This document shows, piece after piece, positions 1-64,000 of a stretch of DNA of 64,000 nt. The DNA comes from Tubiluchus corallicola (lineage: Eukaryota; Animalia; Priapulida). The first letter of the stretch is position 1. Each line of letters starts with the position of its first letter. The translations under genes and the position numbers were made by a program. Under the pieces are notes generated by a model. That model saw nothing but the letters and a program-made list of their open reading frames with translations. It was not told the origin of the DNA and ran no database searches. The stretch is from contig JAQGDQ010000370.1 of the NCBI GenBank assembly GCA_030141605.1, positions 1-64,000 on the forward strand, in the 5' to 3' direction.

Positions 1-299
1 TATATGCTGCCAAAAAAACTGCATTCAATCATCAGAGTAAATTACCAAGCGAGAGCGATTTGGCGTACATGTCACGGAAGTTGCCCACGAATATCAAAGA
101 TCACCAAAACATCAGGACTTCGGTACTAGACCACAAAATATAATGTCAGGCACTGTTGTTTATTAAATGTGGTCGCAGAAAGTTGAAGTTACAGACCAAA
201 GCAGCATTTACCAGACATCTAGAATGCATTGTGCTAATGCCTAAAAATCATATAAGTAAATAAAGGAAAGTAAACTCGATCTTTGCTTTTCTAAGCAGT

Positions 300-1075
300 A
301 CTCACTACGCACTACCCGTTACTCACTATATTGTTTTTAATGAACCTGTTTAGCCCTACTCACAACTCACTATCCTCTACTCACTACTCACCACTATCTA
401 CTCACTACTCACCACTATTTACTCCTTACTCACTAGTCACTACCCACTATATTGTTTTTAATGAACCTGTTTAGCCCTACTCCCGACTCACTACTCACTA
501 TCCTCTACTCACTACTCACCACTGTCTACTCCTTACTCACTATTCACTACTCACTATATTGTTTTTAATGAACCTGTTTAGCCCTACACACGAAACACTA
601 CTCACTATCCTCTACTCCCTACTCACCACTGTCTACTCCTTACTCACTATTCACTACTTTTTTTTTTTTTTGTTTTTTGTGTTTGTTGTTTCCTCTACTC
701 CTACTCACCACTGTCTACTCCTTACTCACCATTCACTACCCACTATATTGTTTTTAATGAACCTGTTTAGCCCTACTCCCGACTCACTACTCACTATCCT
801 CTACTCCCTACTCACCACTGTCTACTCCTTACTCACTATTCACTACTCACCACTATCAACTCCCTACTCACCACTGTCTACTCCCTACTCACCACTATCT
901 ACTCCCTACTCCCCACTATCTACTCCCTACTCACCACTATCAACTCCCTACTCACCACTATCTACTCCCTACTCACCACTATCAACTCCCTACTCACCAC
1001 TATCTACTCCCTACTCACCACTATCTACTCACTACTCACTACACACTACCCACTATATTGTTTTCAATGAACCTG
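300..1075. repeat. CTAC/CTCA-rich compound minisatellite (about 21-bp core with a longer recurring unit)
   Basis: Repeats of CTACTCCCTACTCACCACTAT interspersed with CACTATATTGTTTTTAATGAACCTGTTTAGCCCTAC. Confidence 0.85.
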
Positions 1076-1274
1076 TCTATCAGACCCGAGTTACTGCATT
1101 ATTTTTCTTCAACTATTACCACTGGACTGTTTACATGCAACCGGATAAGCATCACGTCTTCCGGTTGTCCGCTAAACGCCACGTAACTCCAGATTTTCAA
1201 TGTTTGGTAGAGAGCGATACCGCAAGCAACTAGAAAACTACAAAAAACAACCAAATAATAAAGAATAAGCTTAC

Positions 1275-63102
<61,828 letters not shown>

Positions 63103-64000
63103 CTTATTAACATCTGTTTGTGAAAATTTTCACACATTCCACTGTAAGCATCCCCTCTATTTACTCAAGCTTTTTCGCGCTTCATTGCCTCCCGCTTTTC
63201 ACTTTTGTCTAAATCTCTGCTTTCAAGACGCACCAAATGAGCGTTGACAAACAGCTGTAAGGAACAGCGCGAGCAATTAAAGCTCTCTCAACCAAACTGT
63301 CTGGCACTGGCAGACTGCACTGGATGCAGTGACTACATGTTTACATTTCTCATATTTCTATTTGGCAGTAATTTGCAAGTCTTACAAAACTAATCACTTT
63401 TCTCAAAATAAATTATTTTGTTTATGTTTATTTTCAATAAAATTATCTTTTGATATCTATGTGCCAGGTTTCAACAGTCTCTCCATTAGTCCAGAGAATG
63501 TTAAAGAACCATAGCAAAGCATTAATTAAATTAATTATAAGAACAGTGAAAAAATAACAATAATAATGATAACAATAATTTGAATAATATATTCAAATAT
63601 ATATTAGGTATAATATATGCAAAGATAAGATATAATAATTCAAATTCATTTCCTTCTAGAGATTTTTCATTTAAATTTGTTATGTGACTTATGCCACACT
63701 TTTTTTACTTTTGTATTTTTATGTGTAGATTTGTGTCAAGCAGAGTTTCGAGAACTTACAGTGAGTTCCTTACAGAAGTTTCAAGTACTTGTAGAGCTTC
63801 AACAGCAATCCGTGCGAGTGTGTAACTGTGCATCACATTTGACAACTAAGTTGTGTTTCATATCGCTTTTGCTTAAATTAGGCAGCTGTGCTTGTGAAAA
63901 ACTAAATTTAATATCTTGAAAAACAATAATCTCGTGACTAACAAAAACAGGCTTTACTAAATTTAATAAACTATCAAATTTATTTATATTATATGAAAAC

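Noticed and set aside
559-1233. 224-aa ORF with YSPLSTP heptads resembling the RNA polymerase II CTD
   Set aside because: Translation of an intronic 21-bp minisatellite, non-ATG start, no other polymerase sequence

Overview
AT-rich, repeat-rich animal (invertebrate-type) nuclear DNA. The minus strand carries the first 14 coding exons (657 codons, all GT-AG and phase-compatible) of SMC5, running from the ATG at 63102 off the left edge of the window. Its 33.9-kb intron 13 (1506-35404) hosts, antisense, a cluster of gustatory-receptor-like (GR/GRL, 7TM ion channel family) genes. There are five large first exons (5359, 9242, 13621, 17613, 28641), all ending at the same phase-0 site (..H[E/Q]K|GT), but only two sets of C-terminal exons carrying the TYhhhhhQF motif (20751-20903 + 23619-23723 and 30239-30391 + 31990-32094). 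The most economical reading is a variable-first-exon/constant-exon locus, with V1-V4 spliced to shared C exons, plus a recent duplicate of the V4-C2-C3 unit. This splicing is inferred from genomic structure only; no transcript evidence is available. The remainder is MITEs (pogo, hAT, piggyBac-like, and a family with 6-bp TSDs), LINE fragments, a 5S-derived SINE, a tiny LTR-PBS-LTR remnant, and many minisatellites, several traceable to TEs or to a splice acceptor.
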